Positions 8,624 through 17,129 of a stretch of 53,928 nt of DNA are shown here, in pieces; the first letter of the stretch is position 1, and each line of letters opens with the position of its first letter. The DNA lies in the IMG/VR virus record IMGVR_UViG_3300045988_144911; one strand, 5' to 3'. A program made the translations under genes and the position numbers. Below the pieces are notes generated by a model. That model was not told the DNA's origin, did not search any database, and saw nothing but the letters and a program-made list of their open reading frames with translations. This DNA is from a virus.

Positions 8624-9622
8624 TCAAAATTTCCGGAGACCGAGCATCTTGTATGCCCTCTCCGTTGCCTCCTCAAGAGACTGGGGAGGTTCAGGCTTCA
8701 CCGCCGGAGCCGTTGCCGACCCCTGAGAAGCCGTCACGGGAGGAACGGCGGCGTTCTTTTCTGCCACCTGCTTCACTCTCATCTCTTCAAGCGCACGGAG
8801 CGCGTCGGGGTTGTTCTTCACCCTCTCGACAAGCATCTCCGTCGTTTCCGTCTCCGGCTTCTGACTCATGGCATTTATTCCCCGGTTTATCATGTACGAA
8901 AGAGCGTACTTCATCTCCGGGTCAATGCCGTCAAAGCCGGGTGTGTTTGCCGCAATGCGGTCAATAGCGTCGCCGTAATCGTCAAAATCCTCGAACCCCT
9001 TCGACGATCTGATGCGGTTGCGCGCCGTCATATCCGCCGCCTCTGCGGTCTGCCTCTTGTAGTTGTCCACAATCGGCTGCATTTCCTTCATGACCTCGCC
9101 GAGGACGGTTTTGCGTGCATAGTCCGCCATCGCGGAGCTGTACTTCGCCGTCGCCGCCCTGCGCTCGTCATCCGACAGATACTGAACGTTCTCCACATCA
9201 AACACCGGAGGCTCGATCACTTCTTCAACGATTGTGTTCTCTGCCGCCTGTGACTGCTGTGAAAGCGCGTTCTGGAACTGCGGTATGACTCCCTTGAGCT
9301 GCGCGACAATGTCCTTCAGCTGCTCGTTTTCCTGCCTCATGCGCTCATAGTCGCTGCCTATGCGGTTAAGAAGCTCAGCTCCCGGATTCGCCTCTGCCTG
9401 AGGTGCCGGTGCCGCCGGTTCTGCCGCCGGTTCTGCCGGAGCGGCTGCCGGTTCCGTCGGAGCCTGTACAGGTTCTGCCGTCGGTTCGGTCTGTGCCGCC
9501 TCTGTCGGAGCCGTATCCGGTGCAGGCTCGGAGGGCGTCCCCTCCTGACTCTGCTGTGCAAGAAGCTCGGTCAAAACATCATCAAGTCTCTCTGCCATAA
9601 AATTATATCTGTAAGCCGCCAT
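8624..9622 (-). CDS. scaffolding protein
   Basis: Lies between the portal and capsid genes; A/P/E/T low-complexity tract (APTEAAQTEPTAEPVQAPTEPAAAPAEPAAEPAAPAPQAEA) plus helical, charged regions. Confidence 0.65.
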   Translation of the reverse strand: MAAYRYNFMAERLDDVLTELLAQQSQEGTPSEPAPDTAPTEAAQTEPTAEPVQAPTEPAAAPAEPAAEPAAPAPQAEANPGAELLNRIGSDYERMRQENEQLKDIVAQLKGVIPQFQNALSQQSQAAENTIVEEVIEPPVFDVENVQYLSDDERRAATAKYSSAMADYARKTVLGEVMKEMQPIVDNYKRQTAEAADMTARNRIRSSKGFEDFDDYGDAIDRIAANTPGFDGIDPEMKYALSYMINRGINAMSQKPETETTEMLVERVKNNPDALRALEEMRVKQVAEKNAAVPPVTASQGSATAPAVKPEPPQSLEEATERAYKMLGLRKF

Positions 9623-9630
9623 CGCGGCAA

Positions 9631-11661
9631 TTACATTCTCCTTTCAGTGTTGTTGTTGCTCTGCATTGCCATAGCCCGTGCCATGGCTTCCTGCTGTTTC
9701 TCTGCTATCGCCGCGCGATGCTCGTCTATGTGCTGATCGAAATACTTACAGTACTCCGGATTCTTCTGCCGCAGCATACGGAACCTGTACTGCAAAGCAT
9801 ACTTCAGATGCTCGTTCAGATGCACCGCGTCGTCGTCGTAAATGTATCTCTCCGGGATAACCCCGCTCTCAAAGAAGGAATTTTCCCGCTGTGCGTTCTG
9901 TATCTGCTCCCGGTTCTGCGTCATGATCTGCGAGTAGCCGTTTATCCTCATCTGCTCTATCAGCTTTTCGCGTATCTCGACCGGAACCGTGCCGTTCTCG
10001 TCGGAGAAAAGCCCCATCTGCATGGCGGTGATGAAGTTCTGCTTCTGCGTCTCCTCGGAGGTGATAAGCTCGTTTTCGGTGTCGAACACAACGTCGTAAG
10101 AGTTTATGTCGTCCGCCATCCAAGTAAGCACCCCGCCGACGGCATTTACCCCGACAGCGTTGCATACCCTCACACCCGCCGCGTAACGCTTGTATATGTG
10201 AAGCCACTTCACCGCCAGTTCCTTCACTGCGCTCCGCATATTTTCGGAGGTGAGCGAAAGCCGCGTGTTGTCTATCTGCCGGAGTGACTCTATCGCCGTG
10301 CCGGACGTAACACCGGACGGTGCCGAGCCGTATACCATCAGCTGGGATATCCCCGCCGCGTACTCCATGTCCTGAGCCAACTGATTCATTTCGTTGACGA
10401 TCTCGGTCGGGATGCCGTAATGCCGCAATCTCGACGGTGTACCGAACTCGTTTTTGTAGTTGATGATCTGGTTCGGCGCAATGCCGCGCATGATCATCTC
10501 GTCAAGCTCCTCCGACTCGACAGCCCCGTCCGGAATGAGTATCGGCTCCCCGACTATGCTCTTGATATAGTCGTGCAGCTGATTTTTGCACCCGTTGTAG
10601 GCTCTCTGAAGCGGTATAAGCTCCTGTATGAACGATTTTCCGAAGAACTGACCGGCAACCGCCTTGCACTTTACCGCGACAATAGGCACCCTCTCATAGG
10701 GCAGAACGCCGTAATAGTACAGCTTCTCGCCTATGATGATTGCCATCCTGCCGTCAGCGAACTTCTTTGTCGGCGGCTCATAGAAGGTGATAACGTGTTC
10801 GCACCCGTCGACCCTCTCGGTCTTTGTCGCCATGACCGTGGAGGAGAATGTGTCAAGCCCGTAGCCTCCCGCGCCGGATATAGGTGTCACCACATACCGG
10901 TCGCAGGCTCTCCCCTCGACCCTCAGTCCGTAAAGGTCGTATATCGCCCCGGCATCAAGCACCTGATCGGTGATGAGGTTTCTCTGCTCGTCGACCGTCT
11001 CCTTGTACACCGACTCCGGGAACACCTCATATGGAGAGAGTATCCCGCACACAAGGTCGCCCTCGCATATGTCACGTGTGCCGCCGGTCTCCTCCTGCAC
11101 CGTCCCGATGAGCCGCCCGGCATGAGCGTCCCACCACGACAGCACAAAAGCCGTCCCGGTAAGCTCCGACCACCCGTAAATGCGGTCTTTCAGGCTGTCC
11201 CAGTTTACGTTGCGCTGAGTGTACCGTAAAAGCCCCGTCGATATGTCCGCCTTTGCAAGATCGTCAAGGTCTCCCGTCGCAGGCTTCACCGTCATGAGAT
11301 ACCGCACGTTCCGGAGGTTTGCCATCCGCGTGTCGTAAAGCGGCGCGATTCTGTTGTATACTCCCCTCTCAAGGAAGTCATACTCCGGCTCTATCTCCTC
11401 GATCTCATGCGACCGGGGATTTATCTCGCAGTACTGGTGACCCGCGAGAAAATTTGCGTTGAGAAGCCATTGCAGCTCAAACGCCTGCCTGTCGTTTCTC
11501 CTCCGCTCAAGCTCGGATTTTACCCAAGCCACAAACTCGTCCGCCGTCTGCTCGTCCGGCACACCGGAGGTGTCGATAACGTCAACGACATTTTCGCCGT
11601 TCTGTATGTCCTCCGCCTTCCGTGCCGTGAAAAGACTGCGAATCCCGTCAAAAAAGCTCAT
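9631..11661 (-). CDS. portal protein
   Basis: 676-aa ORF immediately downstream of the terminase module; size and position. Confidence 0.75.
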   Translation of the reverse strand: MSFFDGIRSLFTARKAEDIQNGENVVDVIDTSGVPDEQTADEFVAWVKSELERRRNDRQAFELQWLLNANFLAGHQYCEINPRSHEIEEIEPEYDFLERGVYNRIAPLYDTRMANLRNVRYLMTVKPATGDLDDLAKADISTGLLRYTQRNVNWDSLKDRIYGWSELTGTAFVLSWWDAHAGRLIGTVQEETGGTRDICEGDLVCGILSPYEVFPESVYKETVDEQRNLITDQVLDAGAIYDLYGLRVEGRACDRYVVTPISGAGGYGLDTFSSTVMATKTERVDGCEHVITFYEPPTKKFADGRMAIIIGEKLYYYGVLPYERVPIVAVKCKAVAGQFFGKSFIQELIPLQRAYNGCKNQLHDYIKSIVGEPILIPDGAVESEELDEMIMRGIAPNQIINYKNEFGTPSRLRHYGIPTEIVNEMNQLAQDMEYAAGISQLMVYGSAPSGVTSGTAIESLRQIDNTRLSLTSENMRSAVKELAVKWLHIYKRYAAGVRVCNAVGVNAVGGVLTWMADDINSYDVVFDTENELITSEETQKQNFITAMQMGLFSDENGTVPVEIREKLIEQMRINGYSQIMTQNREQIQNAQRENSFFESGVIPERYIYDDDAVHLNEHLKYALQYRFRMLRQKNPEYCKYFDQHIDEHRAAIAEKQQEAMARAMAMQSNNNTERRM

Positions 11662-11891
11662 TTCACATCAGTCTCCTTCCCGTCCCAGCGGTCTTTTATC
11701 GCCTTCCTCGGTCGTTCAGGCGCACGGTAAGGCTCTTTCTTCAGCCGCGCATACTCCTCAGCCGACCGGCAGGAAAGCCTCTCGGTCAGCTCGTCAATGC
11801 GCTTCTGCTTCTCTCTTAAGCATCCTGTCCAGAGTATGATAAGCACCGCCTGAAGCACAAGGTTGATAACCGAAAGCATCACTCCGAGCAT
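11658..11891 (-). CDS. small membrane protein (77 aa)
   Basis: ATGA overlaps at both ends; N-terminal TM segment MLGVMLSVINLVLQAVLIILW. Confidence 0.5.
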   Translation of the reverse strand: MLGVMLSVINLVLQAVLIILWTGCLREKQKRIDELTERLSCRSAEEYARLKKEPYRAPERPRKAIKDRWDGKETDVK

Positions 11892-12139
11892 CACGCGCCG
11901 CCCTTCTTTGCCGCCGGCTTCTTCTCCGGCTTCTTCTCTTCGTCGGCTTTCTCCGGCGCAAAGGCTTTTTTGTACTCCTCCGGATACATCACCCCGAAAA
12001 GCTCCTTCGCACACTCCCGGCAGATGATGACCGTCGGACGGTACTCGGGGTTTCTCGTTACGATAAAGCTCGCCACTCTCTCGCACCCCGGCACAAAGCA
12101 CATCCTGTCTATCTTTTGTATTTCTATAGGTCTCGGCAT
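11891..12139 (-). CDS. small zinc-ribbon-like protein with Lys-rich tail (82 aa)
   Basis: ATG at 12139 after a GGGGGAAA RBS; CxxC...CxxC (CFVPGC...CRECAKE); C-terminal KKPEKKPAAKKGGA. Confidence 0.5.
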   Translation of the reverse strand: MPRPIEIQKIDRMCFVPGCERVASFIVTRNPEYRPTVIICRECAKELFGVMYPEEYKKAFAPEKADEEKKPEKKPAAKKGGA

Positions 12140-12156
12140 ATATTTTCCCCCATATG

Positions 12157-13515
12157 TCAGAATCTGCGGCTCCGCCCCTTCCGGCTTGCCGCGCAAATAG
12201 CTTTTTTCTTTATCTCCTGAAGCCTCTCCCCGTCGGTCAGCTCCCTCTCCGGTGCTTTTGCAGGAACCGCCCTGCTCACACAGTAGTACCGGAGCGCGTC
12301 GCAAATGTGCGTGATTTCGTGCGGATCGGTCGCTGCGTCTCCCGGTCGGCTCTCAGAAAACTCAAGAAGCTGGAGGTTCTTTATCAGCACCCTGCACCCC
12401 TCGAAAACCCGCAGACGTGAGGTTTCCTCCCCGTCCATGCCGACGATCGGCTTTATATGCTCCTTGACGCACAGCCAACCGCTTATCCGCTCCGCGTTGC
12501 ACTTCGTGAACCTCACACCGCTCTCGGCGAAAAGCTCCGCGACGTTCTTTCCGGTGTCCTTTGTCCGCGACCACAGGTCAGGCGGCGCAAACGTCGCCTC
12601 AATCTTCTCGTCTCCGGTCATCTCCACGATCTTCTTTGCGGCGTCCCCGGCGATAAGGTTCGGCTCATGCAGCTCCCGGTATACGTACTCCTGCCCGGTC
12701 TCGTCAACGGCGATCCATAAAACCGCGCACATATCAAGCCCGTAGTCAATCGCCCGGTACCGTCTCCAGTGCGGCTGTATCTCGATATAAGGCACGACGT
12801 GAATCTTCGGTCGGAACTCGGAGAAAAACCTCCCCTCATAAGAGTACCAGTCTCCATACCTCCAAGCCGCCCTCTGCGCCGGAGGGAGCGACTCCAGCTT
12901 CTTTATATAATCGGGGTCAGCCTCCATCAGCGCCTGATTGTCCGTCACAAGGCTCTGTATAAAAACATAGTCGTCCGGGTTTTCCTCCGGATTGAAATCC
13001 CGCTCGATGAAAAGCCGCCTTATCCACTGCATCCCGACACCGCCGGGGTTGCAGGTGATGTATATCCGGTGCGGGAACGAATTTACGCCTCGGTTCGTCG
13101 CTTTTATGGCGTTGAACCACTCCTCTTTGAGCTGCTGTGCCTCATCAAGATAAACAATGTCCCATTCTTGTCCGTTATACTGTAAAGTATCCCCGTCGTT
13201 GGAACAATAGGAAAACTTTATCCTGCTTCCGTTTGGAAAGCAAAGGGACTTGTCCTTGTCCTTGTATACGGCATAACCGACGGTCTCAAGCCGCAGGGGA
13301 TTTATGTGGTTCTCCGTCAGCTCCACATAAGAGCGCCGGATTATCATCTGCTTTATCCCCGGATAGGATAAAGCCATAAGCAGCGCCTTGAACCGCACCG
13401 CCCATGACTTGCCGCCGGATCTCGCACCGCCAAAGCACACATATCTCTGAGTCGCCTCAAGAAACTCGATCTGCTTCGGCTGAGGACTGCCCAGCGTTAT
13501 CTTTATTTCGCCCAT
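12157..13515 (-). CDS. terL: terminase large subunit
   Basis: 452 aa; Walker A-like FGGARSGGKS; sits after the small subunit with a 13-nt overlap. Confidence 0.9.
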   Translation of the reverse strand: MGEIKITLGSPQPKQIEFLEATQRYVCFGGARSGGKSWAVRFKALLMALSYPGIKQMIIRRSYVELTENHINPLRLETVGYAVYKDKDKSLCFPNGSRIKFSYCSNDGDTLQYNGQEWDIVYLDEAQQLKEEWFNAIKATNRGVNSFPHRIYITCNPGGVGMQWIRRLFIERDFNPEENPDDYVFIQSLVTDNQALMEADPDYIKKLESLPPAQRAAWRYGDWYSYEGRFFSEFRPKIHVVPYIEIQPHWRRYRAIDYGLDMCAVLWIAVDETGQEYVYRELHEPNLIAGDAAKKIVEMTGDEKIEATFAPPDLWSRTKDTGKNVAELFAESGVRFTKCNAERISGWLCVKEHIKPIVGMDGEETSRLRVFEGCRVLIKNLQLLEFSESRPGDAATDPHEITHICDALRYYCVSRAVPAKAPERELTDGERLQEIKKKAICAASRKGRSRRF

Positions 13516-14006
13516 TCCTTCATGACGTCCGGCATCTCGATGATCACCTTCTGCTCCGTCTCAATCGGAGCATTGAAACCGCACATCGTAGCCGCCTGCT
13601 GTATAGCCTTGAGCGCAACGGTCGCGGAAGGAGGATCATATCCGCGTATGATCTTCCCGTTCTCATCCCTGCAGGCTTCTCCGTCCCTGCCTCGCATGAC
13701 AGGCTGAGCCGCCTCAAGCGCGTCGTCAGCTATCTTCTTCAGCTTCTTCAGCGTCTCGTCCCTCGTCCAGATCGAAAGGGAGGCGTTCTGCTCCCGCAGC
13801 TCTTTTATAAAATCCTGTATGTGCGGCATAGCGAAAAGGTGCGATGCCTTTGCCTGTGCTGTCGCTCTCTTTCCTTCAAGCCTGTATCCGGCTTTTATGT
13901 AGCTGTCGAACAGCGTCTCTCCGCTCGCGACGTTGTAGCAAAAATTTCTCTGCTTCTCCGTCAGATCGCGTGCGTTTCCGGACTTGTCCGTGTATCTCTT
14001 AGCCAT
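13503..14006 (-). CDS. terS: terminase small subunit
   Basis: ATG at 14006 after GGAAGGAGG. The LTEKQRNFCYNVASGETLFDSYIKAGY motif is typical of Terminase_2-type small subunits. Confidence 0.8.
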   Translation of the reverse strand: MAKRYTDKSGNARDLTEKQRNFCYNVASGETLFDSYIKAGYRLEGKRATAQAKASHLFAMPHIQDFIKELREQNASLSIWTRDETLKKLKKIADDALEAAQPVMRGRDGEACRDENGKIIRGYDPPSATVALKAIQQAATMCGFNAPIETEQKVIIEMPDVMKEWAK

Positions 14007-14081
14007 ATGTACCTCCTTCCGGTAAAAATTCAAAAGCCCCGCCGTCCCAACCGCCGCCCATTGTGTGCGGCACGAAAAAAA

Positions 14082-14101
14082 GGATATCTCCGGAGATATC
14101 C
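14082..14101. repeat. perfect 20-bp palindrome GGATATCTCCGGAGATATCC
   Basis: Self-complementary with no loop; lies in the leader between the candidate late promoter and terS. Confidence 0.9.
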
Positions 14102-14398
14102 ATGATATTATTGTATCAGATAAAAAGGGACAAAAGGGACAAATTTCGCTCCCCGAAAAAATTTTTTCGGATTTTTAAAAATTTTTTTCAAAAACCCCTT
14201 GACAAATGCACTCAAACGGTCGCCGAGGCTCTGAAGTCTCTCCGCAAAAGAACCAGGCTTTCGCAAACAGCTTTCGGCGACATCTGCGGCGGCATCCCCC
14301 TCCGCACGATCCAGAACTGGGAGAGCGGCGTCAGAGAATGCCCCGATTACGTCCTCTTCCTCATAAAATCCCACCTGAAGAGCAAAAATCTCATCTGA
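14102..14398 (+). CDS. XRE-family helix-turn-helix protein (start uncertain)
   Basis: C-terminal half LRKRTRLSQTAFGDICGGIPLRTIQNWESGVRECPDYVLFLI is a clear HTH. The N-terminal 30 aa are low-complexity and overlap the AT-rich control region. Confidence 0.6.
   Translation: MILLYQIKRDKRDKFRSPKKFFRIFKNFFQKPLDKCTQTVAEALKSLRKRTRLSQTAFGDICGGIPLRTIQNWESGVRECPDYVLFLIKSHLKSKNLI
14110..14140 (-). promoter_or_regulatory. candidate late promoter: extended -10 TGATACAAT (minus strand) with tandem 9-bp repeats upstream
   Basis: Reverse complement of 14110-14118 is TGATACAAT. AAAAGGGAC occurs twice in tandem at 14123-14140; the surrounding sequence is AT-rich. Confidence 0.3.
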
Positions 14399-14410
14399 CA
14401 CAATCCCGAC

Positions 14411-14451
14411 ACACCCGCGGCACATAAGTGATACGCGGGTGTTCTTTTTTT
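14411..14451 (+). terminator. rho-independent terminator
   Basis: 9-bp perfect stem ACACCCGCG/CGCGGGTGT followed by TCTTTTTTT. Confidence 0.8.
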
Positions 14452-14490
14452 GTGCTAAACTTTAATCAGCAAAAGAAAGGAGCATCCGAT

Positions 14491-14847
14491 ATGTACGCTT
14501 ATAACCCCTATAGCCAGCAGCAGGCTATGGCATACTCGCAGGATATGTATAACTCCCGCCAGTACCAGCAGCCCCGTCCTCAGTACCCGCAGGTCATCCC
14601 GGTGCAGGACGAGCTTACCGCGAGATCGGCTCAGATACCTATGGACGGTACCGACACCTACTTCTTCAACTCCCAAGCCGGAGAGATATACGCAAAGCGC
14701 CTCTCAATGGTCGACGGCTCGATCTGCTTCGATGTGTATAAAAAGCGCCTGCCGGAATACCCGGAAAAGGAGCGCTATGCCACCGTCGCCCAGCTCGACG
14801 AGATCTCCGCAAGACTGAAGAAACTCGAAGGAGGCGATGAGCAGTGA
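14491..14847 (+). CDS. accessory cassette protein A, Q/Y-rich N-terminus (118 aa)
   Basis: ATG after AAAGGAG; starts MYAYNPYSQQQAMAYSQDMYNSRQYQQPRPQYPQ; no family recognised. Confidence 0.6.
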   Translation: MYAYNPYSQQQAMAYSQDMYNSRQYQQPRPQYPQVIPVQDELTARSAQIPMDGTDTYFFNSQAGEIYAKRLSMVDGSICFDVYKKRLPEYPEKERYATVAQLDEISARLKKLEGGDEQ

Positions 14848-15071
14848 ACCCCGTCCAGATGATGATGCAGATGCTCACCTCCGGCGGAAATCCCGAGGCA
14901 ATCATGCGGCAGATCGTGTCGCAGAATCCCGTCCTTTCCCCGGCACTGCAGCTCTGTCAGGGCAAAAACCCGGCACAGCTTGAGAGTATATTTTACAACC
15001 TTTGCAAAAGCAAAGGCATAGACCCGCAGAGCATCGCCGCTCAGTACGGCATATCTCTGCCCCAAAAATGA
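14844..15071 (+). CDS. accessory cassette protein B, small helical protein with repeated NP motifs (75 aa)
   Basis: GTG start overlapping the upstream TGA, GAAGGAGG 8 nt upstream. Confidence 0.6.
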   Translation: MNPVQMMMQMLTSGGNPEAIMRQIVSQNPVLSPALQLCQGKNPAQLESIFYNLCKSKGIDPQSIAAQYGISLPQK

Positions 15072-15121
15072 CTATATCCGGCGCGCAGGATATAAATATA
15101 TCATCCGAAAGGAACAAAAAC

Positions 15122-15781
15122 ATGGAAAACGAGTACACATCCGGCTTTATCGCCGGGCAGAACACCAACCGCGGATACGGTTATAACGACGGTATGTGCG
15201 GCATGGGAGGAGGATGGTTTATCTGGATAATCCTCATATTTGCCATCTTCGGCGGCAACTGGTTCGGCGGCAGCCGGAACGCGGTCGACGAAAATGCCCT
15301 CTCAGCCACCATGCAGAGAGGATTTGACAACCGCACCGTCGTAAGCAAGCTCGACGGCATCACAAACGGTCTCTGCGACGGCTTCTATGCCCAGAACAGC
15401 ACCATGCTTAACGGCTTCAACGGCATCGGCATGGCAGTCAGGGACGCGCAGTATGCCGCGAAGGACTGCTGCTGCGAGACCAACCGCAACATCGATGCCG
15501 TCCGCTACGACGCGCAGAAGAACACCTGTGACATCACAAGCGCCATCCACGCGGAAGGCGAGGCGACCCGCGCCCTGATTCAGGCGAACACCGTTCAGGA
15601 ACTCCGCGACCGCCTTGAGGCAAAGGACAGGGAGCTTCTCACGGCTAACTTCAGCCTCAGTCAGCAGGCTCAGACCTACTCCCTCGTCAACGAGATACGC
15701 CCGGTCTCCAAGCCTGCGTATATCACCTGTTCCCCCTACGCCGCAAACGGAACCGGCTCCTGCCTCGGCTGCGGCTGTTAA
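15122..15781 (+). CDS. accessory cassette protein C, membrane-anchored Cys-rich protein (219 aa)
   Basis: ATG after AAAGGAAC. Has a GYGY plus Gly-rich TM segment (GGGWFIWIILIFAIFGGNWFGG), a CCC motif and a C-terminal SCLGCGC. Confidence 0.65.
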   Translation: MENEYTSGFIAGQNTNRGYGYNDGMCGMGGGWFIWIILIFAIFGGNWFGGSRNAVDENALSATMQRGFDNRTVVSKLDGITNGLCDGFYAQNSTMLNGFNGIGMAVRDAQYAAKDCCCETNRNIDAVRYDAQKNTCDITSAIHAEGEATRALIQANTVQELRDRLEAKDRELLTANFSLSQQAQTYSLVNEIRPVSKPAYITCSPYAANGTGSCLGCGC

Positions 15782-15891
15782 CCGGACCGGAGCCGCATAA
15801 AGCCATAAGCCGATAAGCGGCTCCATAAAACAAAAGCCCGGAGGGGAAGCTCTCCGGGTTCTCGCCTGAAAAAGGCTGAAAGGAAAATTTT

Positions 15892-16299
15892 ATGTGCTGC
15901 AATACCTGTAAGCTCTGCCCGAGGCTCGTCCTTTCGCAGGCAGTAACCTTCGCAAACAACACCCTGACGATAAACCTCCCCGCCGGTACCTATACCAACA
16001 GAGAGAAATACTGTATCGTCATCGCGCAGACCATCCCCGCGACCGCCACAATAAGCGCCCCTGTGGTGATAACCATAGGCACGGGAACGGCAACCTACCC
16101 GCTCCTCACCGCAGGCTGCGCTCCGGCTACCGCCGCAGACGTGAGAACAAGAACCAAGTACCCCACAAGGCTCGTCACCTCCGCCTCCGGCGCGTCGTTC
16201 AGAATGCTCGGCTGTACCTCCCGCGCCTGCGCAACCCCGACGCTCTCAACAATAGACGGCGGAGCAGCCGCAAACGCGACCCTCCCGACTGGTGACTGA
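15892..16299 (+). CDS. accessory cassette protein D, Cys-rich beta-rich protein (135 aa)
   Basis: N-terminus MCCNTCKLCP; T/A/I-rich body; RBS AAAGGAAA; preceded by two hairpins (15789-15824 and 15837-15858). Confidence 0.6.
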   Translation: MCCNTCKLCPRLVLSQAVTFANNTLTINLPAGTYTNREKYCIVIAQTIPATATISAPVVITIGTGTATYPLLTAGCAPATAADVRTRTKYPTRLVTSASGASFRMLGCTSRACATPTLSTIDGGAAANATLPTGD

Positions 16300-16301
16300 C
16301 C

Positions 16302-16883
16302 ATGCCGGCGGACGATATCCTCGCCGGACTTAAAGCCCGGTCGCTTGAGGGAGTGATGTTTCACGGCAGGATGCGCGAGTACTTCCTGTATCTCGGTCTC
16401 CGAGGCTACGCAGCCATGCACAGCTTCCATGAGACCGAAGAAAGACTCGGTGCCGAAAAACTGACGGACTACTTCATGGCGCAGAACGGCATCCTTATCC
16501 CGGAGAAATCCGCCGCCGCTCCCGACGTCATCCCGGCACAGTGGTACCGCATGAGACGTCAGGACACCGATGCCCAATGGCGGCGCAGAGCCGTCCGGGA
16601 CGGTATGACCGCATGGCGCGACTGGGAGAAGTCAACCGCCGTGAGCCTGAAAGACATGATCTTCCGGCTCTCCTCGGAAAACGAGTACGGCTGCTGCCGC
16701 CTCGCGGAGCAGAAGCTCTCCGACGTCGAGTCAGAGATCTCCGGAGCCGAGGACATGATCTTCGACCTTGAGTCGATAGAATATGACCTCCCGACCATAA
16801 TCGGCAGACAGCCCGACATCGCAAAGAAGTACCTCACGAAGATAACCTTACTCATGACCCCGGCGTGCGCGCTCGGCATCTGA
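16302..16883 (+). CDS. accessory cassette protein E, weakly ferritin-like four-helix candidate (193 aa)
   Basis: FLYLGLRGYAAMHSFHETEERLGAEKLTDYFMAQNG resembles ferritin helix A/B spacing, but the metal ligands look incomplete. Confidence 0.5.
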   Translation: MPADDILAGLKARSLEGVMFHGRMREYFLYLGLRGYAAMHSFHETEERLGAEKLTDYFMAQNGILIPEKSAAAPDVIPAQWYRMRRQDTDAQWRRRAVRDGMTAWRDWEKSTAVSLKDMIFRLSSENEYGCCRLAEQKLSDVESEISGAEDMIFDLESIEYDLPTIIGRQPDIAKKYLTKITLLMTPACALGI

Positions 16884-16887
16884 GCGC

Positions 16888-16909
16888 GTGACAGATTCGT
16901 GACAGATTT
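16888..16909 (+). repeat. two tandem 11-bp GTGACAGATT[CT] repeats (candidate integrase arm sites)
   Basis: Copies at 16888-16898 and 16899-16909; the same TGACAGATT core recurs twice at 17106-17129. Confidence 0.6.
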
Positions 16910-16994
16910 GAGTCTGAAATCCGATTCTGTCGTCTCATTTGCGAGACCACAGAATCAAACTCAAAACTCCCACAAACCCCGATAATACAAGGAA

Positions 16995-17028
16995 AAACCC
17001 GCATATCCAGCAGATACGCGGGTTTATT
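16995..17028 (+). terminator. rho-independent terminator closing the accessory cassette
   Basis: ACCCGC...GCGGGT stem followed by TTTATT. Confidence 0.6.
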
Positions 17029-17032
17029 CAAT

Positions 17033-17062
17033 TGGTGCGGGAAACGGGACTTGAACCCGTAC
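17033..17062 (-). other. tRNA 3'-end fragment (T-arm, acceptor strand and CCA); candidate attP core
   Basis: Minus strand reads ACGGGTTCAAGTCCCGTTTCCCGCACCA. No matching 5' acceptor strand or anticodon arm is present nearby, and the site lies beside the integrase gene. Confidence 0.7.
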
Positions 17063-17105
17063 AAAAAGTCCAAAAACCCCCGTAATCATTGGCTTTTTCA
17101 AATGT

Positions 17106-17129
17106 CATGACAGATTTCATGACAGATTT
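17106..17129 (+). repeat. two tandem 12-bp CATGACAGATTT repeats (candidate integrase arm sites)
   Basis: Copies at 17106-17117 and 17118-17129, overlapping the int stop codon; same orientation as the 16888 pair. Confidence 0.6.

Noticed and set aside
14108-14427. Alternative ORFs overlapping the HTH gene (14108..14425 minus, 14206..14427 plus)
   Set aside because: The frame chosen contains an unmistakable XRE helix-turn-helix; the alternative frames give Arg-rich or otherwise featureless products.
15302-15826. 174-aa minus-strand ORF
   Set aside because: It is antisense to accessory gene C, it is a GC-rich open frame with an A/G/V-rich product, and it has no RBS.
17033-17110. A complete tRNA gene
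   Set aside because: Only the T-arm, 3' acceptor strand and CCA are present. No complementary 5' acceptor sequence (GCGGGAA) or anticodon arm occurs upstream, so I treat it as an attP fragment.
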